From: Prochlorococcus sp. AG-412-J13
GTDB lineage: Bacteria; Cyanobacteriota; Cyanobacteriia; PCC-6307; Cyanobiaceae
Reading direction: 5' to 3'
Length of the DNA: 64,000 bases
NCBI GenBank assembly: GCA_003214815.1
Contig: QCLE01000005.1
Coordinates: 10,724-74,723 of the forward strand
Position numbers and translations under genes: made by a program. The notes beneath the pieces are model-generated. The model did no database searches, was not told the DNA's origin, and saw only the letters and a program-made list of their open reading frames with translations. Shown in pieces: positions 11,702 to 24,556 of the stretch (position 1 is the first letter of the stretch; every line of letters begins with the position of its first letter).

Positions 11702-11899
11702 ATGCAGGCTGTTAACTTTTTCTTTATAAATGCTCTTTTGTTCGCATCTTTAATTCTAGTGGTGGGTGTACCTTATTTGTATGCAACCCAAACCGATCCT
11801 TCTGATCGTCGTAATCCAGAAATTAAAAAAGTAGAAATTATTGGTGGAGTTTGGTTCCATTTAGTCCTAATTAATGGTGTTATTGCAGGTTTGGTTTGA
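11702..11899 (+). CDS. psbZ: Photosystem II protein PsbZ
   Basis: 65 aa, two hydrophobic helices, VVGVPxLYA motif, located before ribH as in picocyanobacteria. Confidence 0.88.
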   Translation: MQAVNFFFINALLFASLILVVGVPYLYATQTDPSDRRNPEIKKVEIIGGVWFHLVLINGVIAGLV

Positions 11900-11948
11900 A
11901 CTTAGTACCTTTTCGTGAGAGTCTATTAATATGTCGAAGTAAAATTTA

Positions 11949-12425
11949 ATGGCTATTTTTGAAGGGTCTTTTACTAATGCATCTACTTTAAAAGTAGGAA
12001 TTGTAATTGCAAGATTTAATGATTTAATTACAAATAAAATTCTATCTGGTTGTCTTGATTGTTTAAAAAGACATGGCTTAGATACGGCTGAAGTAAGTAA
12101 TCAAGTAGACATAGCTTGGGTTCCTGGTTCATTCGAATTGCCAATTGCAGCTAAAGCTCTCATGAAAAAAAAAAATTATGATGTTCTAATTGCTCTTGGA
12201 GCTGTTATCCGAGGTGAAACTTCCCACTATGATGTAGTTATATCTGAGGCTAGTAAAGGTATTTCACAAGTTTCAAGTGAAAATAATGTTCCAATTATTT
12301 TTGGAGTTTTAACTACTGATACTATGCAGCAGGCTTTAGAAAGAGCAGGGATTAAAAATAATCTTGGTTGGAATTATGCTTTACAAGCAATTGAAATGGG
12401 ATCCTTAATTAAAAATTTAAATTAA
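11949..12425 (+). CDS. ribH: 6,7-dimethyl-8-ribityllumazine synthase
   Basis: [24 protein letters not shown] and IFGVLT motifs. Confidence 0.97.
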   Translation: MAIFEGSFTNASTLKVGIVIARFNDLITNKILSGCLDCLKRHGLDTAEVSNQVDIAWVPGSFELPIAAKALMKKKNYDVLIALGAVIRGETSHYDVVISEASKGISQVSSENNVPIIFGVLTTDTMQQALERAGIKNNLGWNYALQAIEMGSLIKNLN

Positions 12426-12486
12426 TTGAAAAAAATTAATTATTTATATCATTGAACCCTTCTTTGAGATAAAATAACAGTGTTAT

Positions 12487-12558
12487 GCGGATGTAGCTCA
12501 GTGGTAGAGCATCTCCTTGCCAAGGAGAATGTCGAGAGTTCGAATCTCTTCATCCGCT
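12487..12558 (+). tRNA. trnG: tRNA-Gly(GCC)
   Basis: Cloverleaf: acceptor GCGGATG/CATCCGC, anticodon arm TCTCC-TTGCCAA-GGAGA, TTCGAAT T-loop; CCA not encoded. Confidence 0.97.
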
Positions 12559-12603
12559 TTTGATTTTTGTATCTTGTAAACTATTTATAATTAAAATTAT
12601 GTA

Positions 12604-13035
12604 ATGAAAAGAGTAATTTCTTTAGATGATTTAAAAGGATTATTTACTAAACCATATGGTGCGGATGCGCCAACTAAAGAAAAATGGGCTGAATTTTATA
12701 ATGAGAATGTTATTTTTGTAGACCCTACGCAGGAAACAGAGGGATTAGATTGTTATATCAAAGCTCAAGAAAAGCTTCTTAAAAGATGTGATGATGTTTT
12801 TTTAGAAACTCATGCAGTCTCCATAAGTGGAAATTGTGGCTTTGTTGAATGGACAATGGGTTTAAAAATTATGGGTAAAGAATTTATTTATCCTGGAACT
12901 ACTCGTTTATTATTTAGTGAAAATGGATTAATAAAAGAGCACAGAGATTATTTTGATTTTTGTGGTCCAACTTTTGGACCAGTGCCTATTTTAGGTTCCT
13001 TTATACGATGGCTTTATAGTAAATTTGTATCTTGA
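12604..13035 (+). CDS. NTF2-like/SnoaL-like fold protein of unknown function
   Basis: FVDP, VEWTM and IKEHRDYFD motifs typical of SnoaL_2/NTF2-like proteins. Confidence 0.75.
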   Translation: MKRVISLDDLKGLFTKPYGADAPTKEKWAEFYNENVIFVDPTQETEGLDCYIKAQEKLLKRCDDVFLETHAVSISGNCGFVEWTMGLKIMGKEFIYPGTTRLLFSENGLIKEHRDYFDFCGPTFGPVPILGSFIRWLYSKFVS

Positions 13036-13062
13036 TTTTGTTTTCTTTAGAAACAGAGTGCT

Positions 13063-13518
13063 TTATATTTCGCGAATTAATAAATTTTGAGAAGTAACTT
13101 CTTTCAAATCAAATTGAGAATAAAACAATTTTTTATTTGTCGTCATTAAGTATAATTTTTTTGTATTTTTAATTTTTTTAGAAGATAAAAGATTTTTTAC
13201 AATTAATGAACCAAATCCTTTGCCTTGGTGATTTTGATCTATAACAATATCCCAAAGCACTCCGCGGTAAATCCCATCGGTTAAAGCTCTACCAAAACCA
13301 ACTATTTCCTTACCAACCCAAAGACTTATTACGACATCACTATTAGCAAGACATTTTTTTAGATCATTAATTGTTCTATTTTTTGCCCAGAAAGCATTGG
13401 TATCAAGTAATTTTTGTAGCTTAATTAATCCATTCGTCGGTTTCAGACTAGGACCTAATCCAAAAACCCTTAAACCTAAAGCTCCTTTGGCATGTTTGAT
13501 TAGAGATATTTCTTGCAT
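13063..13518 (-). CDS. GNAT family N-acetyltransferase (Ycf52-like)
   Basis: VGFGRALTDG...WDIVIDQNHQGKGFG acetyl-CoA binding motif A. Confidence 0.85.
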   Translation of the reverse strand: MQEISLIKHAKGALGLRVFGLGPSLKPTNGLIKLQKLLDTNAFWAKNRTINDLKKCLANSDVVISLWVGKEIVGFGRALTDGIYRGVLWDIVIDQNHQGKGFGSLIVKNLLSSKKIKNTKKLYLMTTNKKLFYSQFDLKEVTSQNLLIREI

Positions 13519-13692
13519 TTATTAAAAAGATTTTTGAAAAGTGATGTCAGCTAGGTTATTTTTGTGACTTCAATTTAAATACCTTAATCGATCGTTTCTA
13601 TAAAATAAAGAGAAAATAGTTTTCTTCATTCTGATGTAACGCACTAATTTATAATGTTTGTAATAAGATTAATTTTTTAAGGACTTTGACTT

Positions 13693-16524
13693 ATGCTAAA
13701 ACTTTTGTTGGGAGATCCGAATACACGAAAGTTAAAGCGCTATCAACCAATAGTGGAAGATATAAATTTTTTAGAGGAAGAAATTTCTCAATTGACTGAT
13801 GACGAGCTAAGAAAAGAAACTCAAAATCTTAAATCAAAGATATCATCAGAATTAGATTTTAAAAAACAAAAAGAACTCCTAGAAGAATTTCTTCCTAAAG
13901 CCTTTGCAATCGTAAGAGAAGCAAGTAAACGTGTTCTTGATATGAGACATTTTGATGTTCAGTTAATAGGCGGGATGGTTTTACATGAGTGTCAAATTGC
14001 TGAGATGAAGACTGGAGAGGGAAAAACGCTTGTTGCAACATTACCTTGTTATTTAAATGCGCTTACTGGAAAAGGTGTTCATGTTGTTACTGTAAATGAT
14101 TATTTAGCCAGAAGAGATGCAGAGTGGATGGGACAAGTTCATCGTTTTTTAGGTTTATCAGTTGGTTTAATTCAGCAAGATATGAACCCAGTTGAGAGAA
14201 AGAAAAATTACGAGTGTGATATAACTTATGCCACAAATTCCGAATTAGGATTTGACTATTTAAGAGATAATATGTCTACCGATATTAATGAGGTAGTTCA
14301 AAGAAAATTCAATTACTGCGTAATTGATGAGGTTGATTCAATATTAATTGATGAAGCAAGAACGCCTCTCATTATTTCTGGCCAAGTTGAAAGACCGCAA
14401 GAAAAATATCAAAAAGCTGCAGAATTATCTTTGGCATTAGTCAAAGCAAAAGAATTAAGTAAAGATGGTATTGATCCAGAAGGGGATTATGAAGTTGATG
14501 AAAAGCAGAGAAGTTGCATATTAACTGATCAGGGTTTTGCAAAATGTGAAGATTATTTGGGGGTTAATGATTTATATAATCCTCAAGATCCTTGGGCGCA
14601 CTATATAACTAACGCTTTAAAAGCCAAAGAATTATTTATTAAAGATGTAAATTATATTATTAAGAACGATGAGGCGGTGATAGTAGATGAATTTACTGGT
14701 AGGGTGATGCCAGGAAGGCGTTGGAGTGATGGGCAACATCAGGCAATAGAAGCAAAAGAGAGTCTTAAAATTCAGCCTGAGACTCAAACATTAGCATCCA
14801 TAACTTATCAGAATTTTTTCCTTTTATATCCTGGTTTAGCGGGAATGACGGGAACTGCAAAAACTGAGGAGGTTGAATTTGAAAAAACTTATAAATTAGA
14901 ATCAACAGTTATACCGACAAATCAAATAAGAAAGAGACAAGATTGGTCTGATCAAGTATTTAAGACAGAGATCGGTAAATGGAAAGCTGTTGCTAAAGAA
15001 ACTGCACGAATTCACAGAGATGGTAGACCTGTTTTAGTTGGTACAACAAGCGTTGAAAAAAGTGAATTATTAAGTTCACTTTTATCTGAAGAAAAAATCC
15101 CACATAATTTGTTAAATGCTAAGCCAGAGAACGTTGAACGTGAGGCAGAAATTGTTGCTCAGGCAGGAAGAGCATGTGCTGTTACTATTGCGACTAATAT
15201 GGCTGGAAGGGGAACAGATATAATTCTTGGCGGTAACAGTGACTATATGGCAAGGCTAAAATTAAAAGAAATTTTAATTCCTCTGTTAGTAAAGCCTGAT
15301 AATGAGCATAAGCCACCAATTCCTAAACAAAGAAATTCAAAATCCAAGGGCGGTTTTTCTGCAAAAGCTGATTCAAATTTGAAAAAGAACATTTCAAATT
15401 CTTCAACTAGTCTTTTCCCTTCCAAGCTTGATGAAGAAATTGAAAAGAAACTCTCTCTTTTATCTGATGAACTTGTTAAAAGTTGGGGAGATAGAAAACT
15501 TTCTGTCTTGGAGCTTGATGATAGGATAGCTACAGCTGCAGAAAAAGCACCAACTGATGATAACTTGATAAAGCTTTTGAGAGAATCTTTGTCTGATGTA
15601 AAAAAAGAATATGAAAAAGTTTTGATTCATGAAGAAGAAAAAGTAAGAGAAGCTGGCGGTTTACATGTTATTGGTACTGAGAGACATGAATCAAGAAGAG
15701 TGGATAATCAACTTAGAGGAAGAGCAGGAAGACAAGGTGATCTTGGAAGTACAAGATTCTTTTTATCTTTAGAAGATAATTTATTAAGGATTTTTGGAGG
15801 TGATAGGGTAGCAAATCTAATGAATGCGTTCAGGGTTGATGAAGATATGCCTATTGAGTCAGGAATGCTTACTAGGTCTCTAGAAAGTGCTCAAAAGAAA
15901 GTTGAAACCTATTATTACGATATTAGAAAACAAGTGTTTGAATACGACGAGGTAATGAACAATCAAAGAAAAGCAGTTTATAGCGAAAGACTAAGAGTAC
16001 TGAAAGGAATTGATTTAAAGAAACAAGTAATAGGATATGGAGAAAGAACAATGAATGAAATTGTAGATGCTTATATTAATCCTGATCTTCCTCCTGAAGA
16101 ATGGAATATTGATCAATTAATTTCTAAAGTCAAAGAATTTATATATTTATTAGATGATCTTAAATCTGATGATGTTAACTTACTTTCAATAGAAGAATTA
16201 AAAAACTATCTTCAAGAGCAGTTGCGAATAGCTTATGATTTAAAGGAATCACAAATAGAAAAGATTCGTCCAGGATTAATGAGAGAAGCTGAAAGATTTT
16301 TCATTTTGCAGCAAATCGATAATTTATGGCGAGAACATCTTCAATCCATGGATTCCTTGAGGGAATCAGTTGGATTGAGAGGTTATGGTCAAAAAGATCC
16401 CTTAATCGAATATAAAAATGAAGGATATGACATGTTTCTCGAAATGATGACTAATATGAGACGAAATGTTATTTATTCAATGTTTATGTTTCAACCTAAA
16501 ACTGACACAGATGATAAAAATTAA
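13693..16524 (+). CDS. secA: Preprotein translocase ATPase SecA
   Basis: [37 protein letters not shown] and GRAGRQGD. Confidence 0.99.
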   Translation: MLKLLLGDPNTRKLKRYQPIVEDINFLEEEISQLTDDELRKETQNLKSKISSELDFKKQKELLEEFLPKAFAIVREASKRVLDMRHFDVQLIGGMVLHECQIAEMKTGEGKTLVATLPCYLNALTGKGVHVVTVNDYLARRDAEWMGQVHRFLGLSVGLIQQDMNPVERKKNYECDITYATNSELGFDYLRDNMSTDINEVVQRKFNYCVIDEVDSILIDEARTPLIISGQVERPQEKYQKAAELSLALVKAKELSKDGIDPEGDYEVDEKQRSCILTDQGFAKCEDYLGVNDLYNPQDPWAHYITNALKAKELFIKDVNYIIKNDEAVIVDEFTGRVMPGRRWSDGQHQAIEAKESLKIQPETQTLASITYQNFFLLYPGLAGMTGTAKTEEVEFEKTYKLESTVIPTNQIRKRQDWSDQVFKTEIGKWKAVAKETARIHRDGRPVLVGTTSVEKSELLSSLLSEEKIPHNLLNAKPENVEREAEIVAQAGRACAVTIATNMAGRGTDIILGGNSDYMARLKLKEILIPLLVKPDNEHKPPIPKQRNSKSKGGFSAKADSNLKKNISNSSTSLFPSKLDEEIEKKLSLLSDELVKSWGDRKLSVLELDDRIATAAEKAPTDDNLIKLLRESLSDVKKEYEKVLIHEEEKVREAGGLHVIGTERHESRRVDNQLRGRAGRQGDLGSTRFFLSLEDNLLRIFGGDRVANLMNAFRVDEDMPIESGMLTRSLESAQKKVETYYYDIRKQVFEYDEVMNNQRKAVYSERLRVLKGIDLKKQVIGYGERTMNEIVDAYINPDLPPEEWNIDQLISKVKEFIYLLDDLKSDDVNLLSIEELKNYLQEQLRIAYDLKESQIEKIRPGLMREAERFFILQQIDNLWREHLQSMDSLRESVGLRGYGQKDPLIEYKNEGYDMFLEMMTNMRRNVIYSMFMFQPKTDTDDKN

Positions 16525-16532
16525 ATCAATAT

Positions 16533-17267
16533 TTAATCATCTCCAAGAAATTCAAAAATTTCTTTGTCTTTAAGATTTTGAGAATCACCAAGTTTAGAAA
16601 TATCAATAGATTCTGAGCTGGCTATACATTTTAGAGTGGTTTGTAATTTAAGAATTTCATTTTCAAGAGAGTCTATCCTATCCATTAAGTTTTTTATCAC
16701 ATTAGCTTCTGCATCTGGTAAGGCAGAGTGAGCTAAAGGATTTACTTTGACACCACTTTGATGCACTACCCTGCCGGGCACTCCAACCACAGTACTGTTC
16801 CCCTCTACATTTCGAACAACTACTGAGCCAGCACCAATACGGGTATTAGATCCTACTGTGATGGATCCAAGCACTTTTGCGCCTGCTCCGACTACAACAT
16901 TCTCCATTAAGGTTGGGTGTCTTTTACCATGGCTTTTACCAGTACCTCCTAATGTCACTCCCTGATAAAGCAAACAGTTATTTCCTATCTCAGCTGTTTC
17001 ACCAATTACAACCCCCATTCCATGGTCTATGAAAACCCTTGCACCAATTTTTGCCCCAGGATGGATTTCAATTCCTGTCGCTAGTCTATTAAGATGACTT
17101 AGTAAGCGGGGAATCAAAGGAATCTTTAATTGCCATAATTTATGCGTAAACCTATGTATAACTATTGATTGAAAGCCCGGGTAGCAAAGAAAGATCTCTA
17201 TTATTCCTCTAGCAGCAGGATCTCTCTCTCTGATAATTTCAATATCTGATTTAAAAGTTCTTAGCAT
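16533..17267 (-). CDS. cysE: Serine O-acetyltransferase
   Basis: ERDPAAR, GIEIHPGA, FIDHGMGVVIGETA and hexapeptide repeats. Confidence 0.96.
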   Translation of the reverse strand: MLRTFKSDIEIIRERDPAARGIIEIFLCYPGFQSIVIHRFTHKLWQLKIPLIPRLLSHLNRLATGIEIHPGAKIGARVFIDHGMGVVIGETAEIGNNCLLYQGVTLGGTGKSHGKRHPTLMENVVVGAGAKVLGSITVGSNTRIGAGSVVVRNVEGNSTVVGVPGRVVHQSGVKVNPLAHSALPDAEANVIKNLMDRIDSLENEILKLQTTLKCIASSESIDISKLGDSQNLKDKEIFEFLGDD

Positions 17268-17273
17268 CTTGGT

Positions 17274-18260
17274 CTAATTAATAACTCCTATTTCTTTTTT
17301 TAATTGATTTATTGTTTCGATACTTAAATAATTTTTAGCACATATTATTTGAGGTAATCTCATCAACTGAGAACGATTTTTTAATAATGTGTTTTCTACA
17401 ACTGATAAACTAGGTCCATCACACACTATATGGTTCGAAGCCTTTAAAAGTGATAGTAATCTACTGTTGTTGTCTGAGATTGCAGTCATAAGAATTAATT
17501 CCCTACCTCGCATGCTGTGTATAATGACTTCTGCTGCTCTCAATAAACCAGGACTTATGCTAACAATACCTACACAACTTCCAGCATTTAATTCTTTGAG
17601 AATTTTCAATTCTTTTTGAAAGTCGCTCAAGTCAACTGCAATAGCACGAACTCCATGTTGCTTAGCAACTTTTTCTAGAGGTTGTAAAAAATATCTGCTT
17701 GTAACAATAGTACCATTATTTGAATTACTCAAAACTTTTTCTAATTCCTCCATAGGAACAACTTCTACTGGTACATTAACTGTTGTAGAAAGGTCTTCTG
17801 CTATTAACATCGAAGCGCCAATATCCTCTCTAGGAGTACTGACTATGATTCTTGATCCGCACTTAATACGCCAATCAATTTCATTAGTTAATATATCTCT
17901 GGTTTGTTGTAAAGTGCATCCAAGATTTATCAAGTTATCAATAACCTTCTTTGCTTCTTGATCTGGTGGTTTACTTATTTTACTTTTTGAGTAAGCTGAT
18001 TTTTTAAATTCTCTTTTAGTAAGATTATCTCTTACATAGATACCTGATCCAGCTATTGCTTCAACAACCCCATCTATTTCCAGTTGTCTGTAAACTTTGC
18101 TTATAGTATTCCGATGGAGGCCGGTCTGCATCGCAAGCTGCCTTGTACTGGGAAGTCTGTGACCAGGAGGATAATGTCTTGCTGCAATTGCAAAACAAAT
18201 TTGATTATATAGTTGAGTCGATGCTGGGATATCACTTTCTTGTTGAATATGAAATCTCAC
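17274..18260 (-). CDS. plmA: GntR-family regulator, PlmA-like
   Basis: N-terminal wHTH LPSTRQLA...HRNTISKVYRQL with a cyanobacterial PlmA-type C-terminal domain. Confidence 0.8.
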   Translation of the reverse strand: MRFHIQQESDIPASTQLYNQICFAIAARHYPPGHRLPSTRQLAMQTGLHRNTISKVYRQLEIDGVVEAIAGSGIYVRDNLTKREFKKSAYSKSKISKPPDQEAKKVIDNLINLGCTLQQTRDILTNEIDWRIKCGSRIIVSTPREDIGASMLIAEDLSTTVNVPVEVVPMEELEKVLSNSNNGTIVTSRYFLQPLEKVAKQHGVRAIAVDLSDFQKELKILKELNAGSCVGIVSISPGLLRAAEVIIHSMRGRELILMTAISDNNSRLLSLLKASNHIVCDGPSLSVVENTLLKNRSQLMRLPQIICAKNYLSIETINQLKKEIGVIN

Positions 18261-18337
18261 TTTAGAAAAACCCTGACTAATTTATTTTTGACCATGATGA
18301 CACTTTAACATTCGTCATATTTTTTGATAACAAATTT

Positions 18338-18910
18338 TTACCCATCATCTTTTTTAATAAGAGGAGTTTTGCGAGGACTTAAAAACATAATCATGTTTCG
18401 CCCCTCTCTTTTTGGTTTTTGTTGAACTTCTGATTGCTCTTCTAAATCATTAGCCATTTTTAAAAGAAGTGTTTCAGCTAAGTTTGAATGTTGAATTTCT
18501 CTACCCCTAAAAATCACAGTACATTTTACTTTGTCTCCCGATTTTAAAAATTTCGTAGCTTGACCTATACGGACATCATAATCATGCTTATCAATTTTGT
18601 ACCTCATTTTTACTTCTTTAACTTCTGTTTGATGAGATTTTTTCCTTGCTTCTTTAGCTTTCTTTTCTTGTTCAAATTTATATTTTCCGTAGTCCATTAT
18701 TCTGCAAACAGGAGGATTTGCTTTTTCACTCACCAAAACTAAATCAAGTTCTCTTTTAGATGCTATTTCTAATGCTTTTAATCTATCTATGACACCTAAT
18801 TGTTTTCCATCTGAATCAACGACTCTCAATTGAGGGTATTTTATTCTTTCATTTATATTTGGTAGCTCTCTAACGGGAGCTCGGCGGTCAAAGCGTGGGC
18901 GTGGGGGCAT
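18338..18910 (-). CDS. infC: Translation initiation factor IF-3
   Basis: [21 protein letters not shown] and [12 protein letters not shown]. Confidence 0.97.
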   Translation of the reverse strand: MPPRPRFDRRAPVRELPNINERIKYPQLRVVDSDGKQLGVIDRLKALEIASKRELDLVLVSEKANPPVCRIMDYGKYKFEQEKKAKEARKKSHQTEVKEVKMRYKIDKHDYDVRIGQATKFLKSGDKVKCTVIFRGREIQHSNLAETLLLKMANDLEEQSEVQQKPKREGRNMIMFLSPRKTPLIKKDDG

Positions 18911-18962
18911 TCAGTTGATTTAATAAATTGATTGGATGATGAAAAAATCTATTTTTATAAAG

Positions 18963-19862
18963 TTAGCTTAAAAAAGACTCTATTTTAATTATTGCATCTT
19001 TTAGCAGGTTTTTGTTATTCAGCCAAAGTGGATTATTTTTATTACGAAACCAAGTTTTTTGTCTTTTGGCGAATTGGATTGTTTTTGTTGTAGTTAACTC
19101 AATCGCTTTGTCAATTGTTGAATGGTTATGTAAAACATCCCTAGCTTCTCGATAACCAATGGTTTCTAATATTGGCAAATCAAATCCGTATTTAGAGATA
19201 AGGTGGTTAGTCTCCTCAATAATTCCAGATAAAAACATATTTTTTGTCCTTTGTAAAATTCTTTCTTTTAAATTATCTCTATCTATTCCAAGCTCTAGTA
19301 TTTTCCAACCAGGCGGTTTTTGAACTTTTAGAGTTGATAGAGGTTTACCTGTTACATAAAAGACTTCTAAAGCTCTTATTGTTCTAATTTGATCAGCAAA
19401 ATTGATTGTTTTTGTTGATAATGGATCACAATTTTTTAATAGGTCCCAACATTTTTTCTGACCAAGTTCTTCAAATTGTCTTCTTAAATTATTTTGAGGA
19501 GGGACATCTGGTACAAAAAACCCTTTTGTTATTGAGTTCATATACAACCCACTCCCTCCAACAAGAAAAGGTAAATTATCTTGTTTAATTTCTTTTTTTA
19601 TTGATTTTTGAGCAATTTTTTGAAATTGTTTTACATTCATTGGATGAATTGGCTCCTCAATATCTATTAAGAAATGCTTTATTTTTTTTTGTTGGTTTTT
19701 AGATGGCTTTGCTGTTCCAATATCCATAGACTTATAAATTTGCCTTGAATCGATATTGTGTATACGAGTTTTAAAATATTCTGCAATTTCAATAGCTAAT
19801 TCTGTTTTGCCACTTGCAGTTGGCCCAATTAATATTATTACATGAGGTGGATATGAAGACAT
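18963..19862 (-). CDS. miaA: tRNA dimethylallyltransferase
   Basis: [21 protein letters not shown] and FAKRQKTWF. Confidence 0.96.
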   Translation of the reverse strand: MSSYPPHVIILIGPTASGKTELAIEIAEYFKTRIHNIDSRQIYKSMDIGTAKPSKNQQKKIKHFLIDIEEPIHPMNVKQFQKIAQKSIKKEIKQDNLPFLVGGSGLYMNSITKGFFVPDVPPQNNLRRQFEELGQKKCWDLLKNCDPLSTKTINFADQIRTIRALEVFYVTGKPLSTLKVQKPPGWKILELGIDRDNLKERILQRTKNMFLSGIIEETNHLISKYGFDLPILETIGYREARDVLHNHSTIDKAIELTTTKTIQFAKRQKTWFRNKNNPLWLNNKNLLKDAIIKIESFLS

Positions 19863-19945
19863 ATGAATTTATGAAGAAAAAATATTAGCTATATAATTAA
19901 AGTGATTAAATTTTTCATTGACTTCGAGCCTTTATCTTATTGCGG

Positions 19946-19954
19946 TGGTAAGTT
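19946..19954 (+). promoter_or_regulatory. Candidate extended -10 for gyrB
   Basis: TG-G-TAAGTT about 60 nt upstream of the gyrB ATG. Confidence 0.3.
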
Positions 19955-20012
19955 TAATGAAAGACCTTTTAAAAATAACATTTTAAAAGTTTAATATTTT
20001 TTTTTATATTAA

Positions 20013-22306
<2,294 letters not shown>

Positions 22307-22309
22307 ATT

Positions 22310-22675
22310 TTGGATTTTAGTTCAATAGGCATTATTTTACTTGGCAGTACTTTTGGATTAATACTGAGAATATTCATACAAAAGAATTTTAAAAAAAGTT
22401 TAGGTTTTGATATTCAAAATACTTCAATAGTAAATTTTTTATCATCTTTTTTATTAGGAATTTTAGTAGCATTAAATTTTATTAATAACGAAATATTAGT
22501 GTTATTTTATAGCGGTTTTTTAGGATGTTTTAGTACATTTTCCTCCTTTATCTATCAACTATTTATTCTATTGAAAAAGAGGAAATTCCTTAGATTATTT
22601 TTCCACTACATCGAAGTGATAATTCTTTCTTTCCTTTTCTTTTATTTAGGTTATTTTCTTGTTAACTTTTTCTAA
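22310..22675 (+). CDS. crcB: Fluoride channel Fluc/CrcB subunit 1
   Basis: GLILR (GxxxR), NFLSSFLLG and GFLGCFSTFSSF; four TM helices. Confidence 0.85.
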   Translation: MDFSSIGIILLGSTFGLILRIFIQKNFKKSLGFDIQNTSIVNFLSSFLLGILVALNFINNEILVLFYSGFLGCFSTFSSFIYQLFILLKKRKFLRLFFHYIEVIILSFLFFYLGYFLVNFF

Positions 22676-22676
22676 A

Positions 22677-23006
22677 GTGAAAATAAATAATTTTATTTAT
22701 ATTCTTTTAGCTGCTTACCTAGCTACTTTTTTGAGATTAACTATAAATAATAACTTTTTTATTTCAATAATTGGATCATTTTTAGTGGGTTTTTTTATTA
22801 GTAAAAGATTCAGTGATTTACTTGAAAAAACCTTATTAAGTGGTTTTTGTTCTTGCTTTACATCCTTTAGCGGATTTATATATTTTTTGTACAAAATTTT
22901 AAATCAAGGGGATTGGATTAAATTTATAATTTTTTTTAATTTAATTATTATCGTAAATTTATCCACAATGTTTTTCGGGTTCTGGATAAGTAGAAAAATT
23001 ACTTAG
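22677..23006 (+). CDS. crcB: Fluoride channel Fluc/CrcB subunit 2 (degenerate)
   Basis: ATFLR, GSFLVG and GFCSCFTSFSGF. GTG at 22677 preferred; the track uses TTG at 22659. Confidence 0.75.
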   Translation: MKINNFIYILLAAYLATFLRLTINNNFFISIIGSFLVGFFISKRFSDLLEKTLLSGFCSCFTSFSGFIYFLYKILNQGDWIKFIIFFNLIIIVNLSTMFFGFWISRKIT

Positions 23007-23012
23007 ATTTCA

Positions 23013-23018
23013 TATAAT
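23013..23018 (+). promoter_or_regulatory. Candidate internal -10 for mgtE
   Basis: TATAAT in the short crcB2-mgtE gap, about 30 nt before ATG 23050. Confidence 0.35.
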
Positions 23019-23049
23019 AGTGTTGTTACTTTGATAAGTGATTATATTT

Positions 23050-24450
23050 ATGAAAGAAAATAATCTTGAAAAAGTTACATCCTTATCTTCAGATTTAAGT
23101 GCACAAGAAAATATTACTATTCAACTTGAGAAATTGCTCATCGCGGGAAATTATGATGAGGCAAAGTTACTTTTAGAGCCTTCCCAACCTGTTGATATTG
23201 CAGATGCTATTGGAAGCATTCCACTTATATTGCAGGCTTTAGCATTTCGATTATTAAAAAAAAATGAAGCAATTGAGGTTTATGAATATTTGGATCCTGT
23301 AGTTCAGCAAACTTTATTAGAAAGACTTCGCTCAGGAGAAGTTTTAGAAATTGTTGAAAAAATGTCTCCTGATGATAGGGTTCAACTCTTTGACGAATTA
23401 CCTGCAAAAGTTGTACGAAAATTTTTGTCTGCTCTTAGTCCTGGTGAAAGGAAAGTAACAGCTGAATTACTTGGATATGAGCCTGAAACTGCTGGAAGAT
23501 TAATGACAACTGAATTTATAGACCTTAAAGAGATGCAAACAGCAGCTGAGGCTCTTTCGTTAGTTAGAAAAAAAGCCCCATTTACTGAAACTATTTATAG
23601 TTTATATGTTACAGACAAAGAAAGACATTTAACTGGTATTCTCTCTTTAAGAGACCTTGTAACTGCTGATCCTTCTCAGCCAATTGGAGACGTCATGACA
23701 AGAGATGTAGTCAATATCTCTACTAATACGAATCAAGAAGAGGTTGCTAGAGCAATACAAAGATATGATTTTTTAGCTCTTCCAGTCGTTGATAAAGAAA
23801 AAAGACTTGTTGGGATAGTAACTGTCGATGATTTAATTGATGTCATAGAACAAGAAGCAACAAGAGATATTTATGCAGCGGGGGCAGTACAACCTGGAGA
23901 TGAAGATGATTATTTCCAAAGTAGTTTGTTTACTATTGCTCGTAGAAGAATTTTATGGTTATTAATTTTGGTTTTAGCAAATGGTTTAACGACAAAAGTT
24001 ATAGCTATGAATGATCAAATATTAAAAGAAATAGTTTTATTAGCTGCATTTATTCCATTACTTATAGGTACTGGGGGAAATGTTGGCGCTCAAAGTTCAA
24101 CTGTTGTCATTAGAGGTTTAAGTACTCAAAAATTGAAGTCTCTTGGTGCAATTAAGGCAATAGGTAGGGAGGCAATAACAGGAGCTCTTTTAGGTGTTTT
24201 CATGATGATTGTAGTTTTCCCCTTTGCTTGGTGGCAAGGAGAAGGCCCTTTAATCGCCTCTGCGGTGGGAATAAGTTTAATATCAATAACAACTTTAGCT
24301 GCTACAACAGGAGCTATCCTCCCTTTGTTGTTTCACAGAATGAAATTGGATCCAGCCTTAATGTCCTCCCCTTTCATTACAACTGTCACTGATATTGCTG
24401 GTGTATTTATTTATCTAAGTACAGCAAAATGGCTATTAAGCTCTTCATGA
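23050..24450 (+). CDS. mgtE: Magnesium transporter MgtE
   Basis: GYEPETAGRLMT, CBS pair, GTGGNVGAQ and DPALMSSPFITTVTD; ATG at 23050 preferred. Confidence 0.95.
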   Translation: MKENNLEKVTSLSSDLSAQENITIQLEKLLIAGNYDEAKLLLEPSQPVDIADAIGSIPLILQALAFRLLKKNEAIEVYEYLDPVVQQTLLERLRSGEVLEIVEKMSPDDRVQLFDELPAKVVRKFLSALSPGERKVTAELLGYEPETAGRLMTTEFIDLKEMQTAAEALSLVRKKAPFTETIYSLYVTDKERHLTGILSLRDLVTADPSQPIGDVMTRDVVNISTNTNQEEVARAIQRYDFLALPVVDKEKRLVGIVTVDDLIDVIEQEATRDIYAAGAVQPGDEDDYFQSSLFTIARRRILWLLILVLANGLTTKVIAMNDQILKEIVLLAAFIPLLIGTGGNVGAQSSTVVIRGLSTQKLKSLGAIKAIGREAITGALLGVFMMIVVFPFAWWQGEGPLIASAVGISLISITTLAATTGAILPLLFHRMKLDPALMSSPFITTVTDIAGVFIYLSTAKWLLSSS

Positions 24451-24556
24451 TTCTAAATTCACTAAGTATTTATTCTCATTTTTGTAAAAATGTGGATTTT
24501 TTTGTTTAACTTTACATTTCTTAATGGTATTGTTTACAAAACATCATTCAACTTTT

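Noticed and set aside
12165-12175. A11 tract in ribH and other homopolymers (T10 in tilS, T13 before ssb) as phase-variation sites
   Set aside because: Frames are intact, the genes are essential housekeeping, and such runs are routine at this AT content
15265-15620. Large insertion in SecA, and absence of the C-terminal zinc tail
   Set aside because: Matches the known variable domain of cyanobacterial/plastid SecA; no intein motifs (no C/S start with HN-C end)
24481-24540. Three HLR1 half-sites upstream of the group 2 sigma factor
   Set aside because: They are not in the 10-bp direct-repeat spacing RpaB needs, and single TTTACAWW words are common in AT-rich DNA
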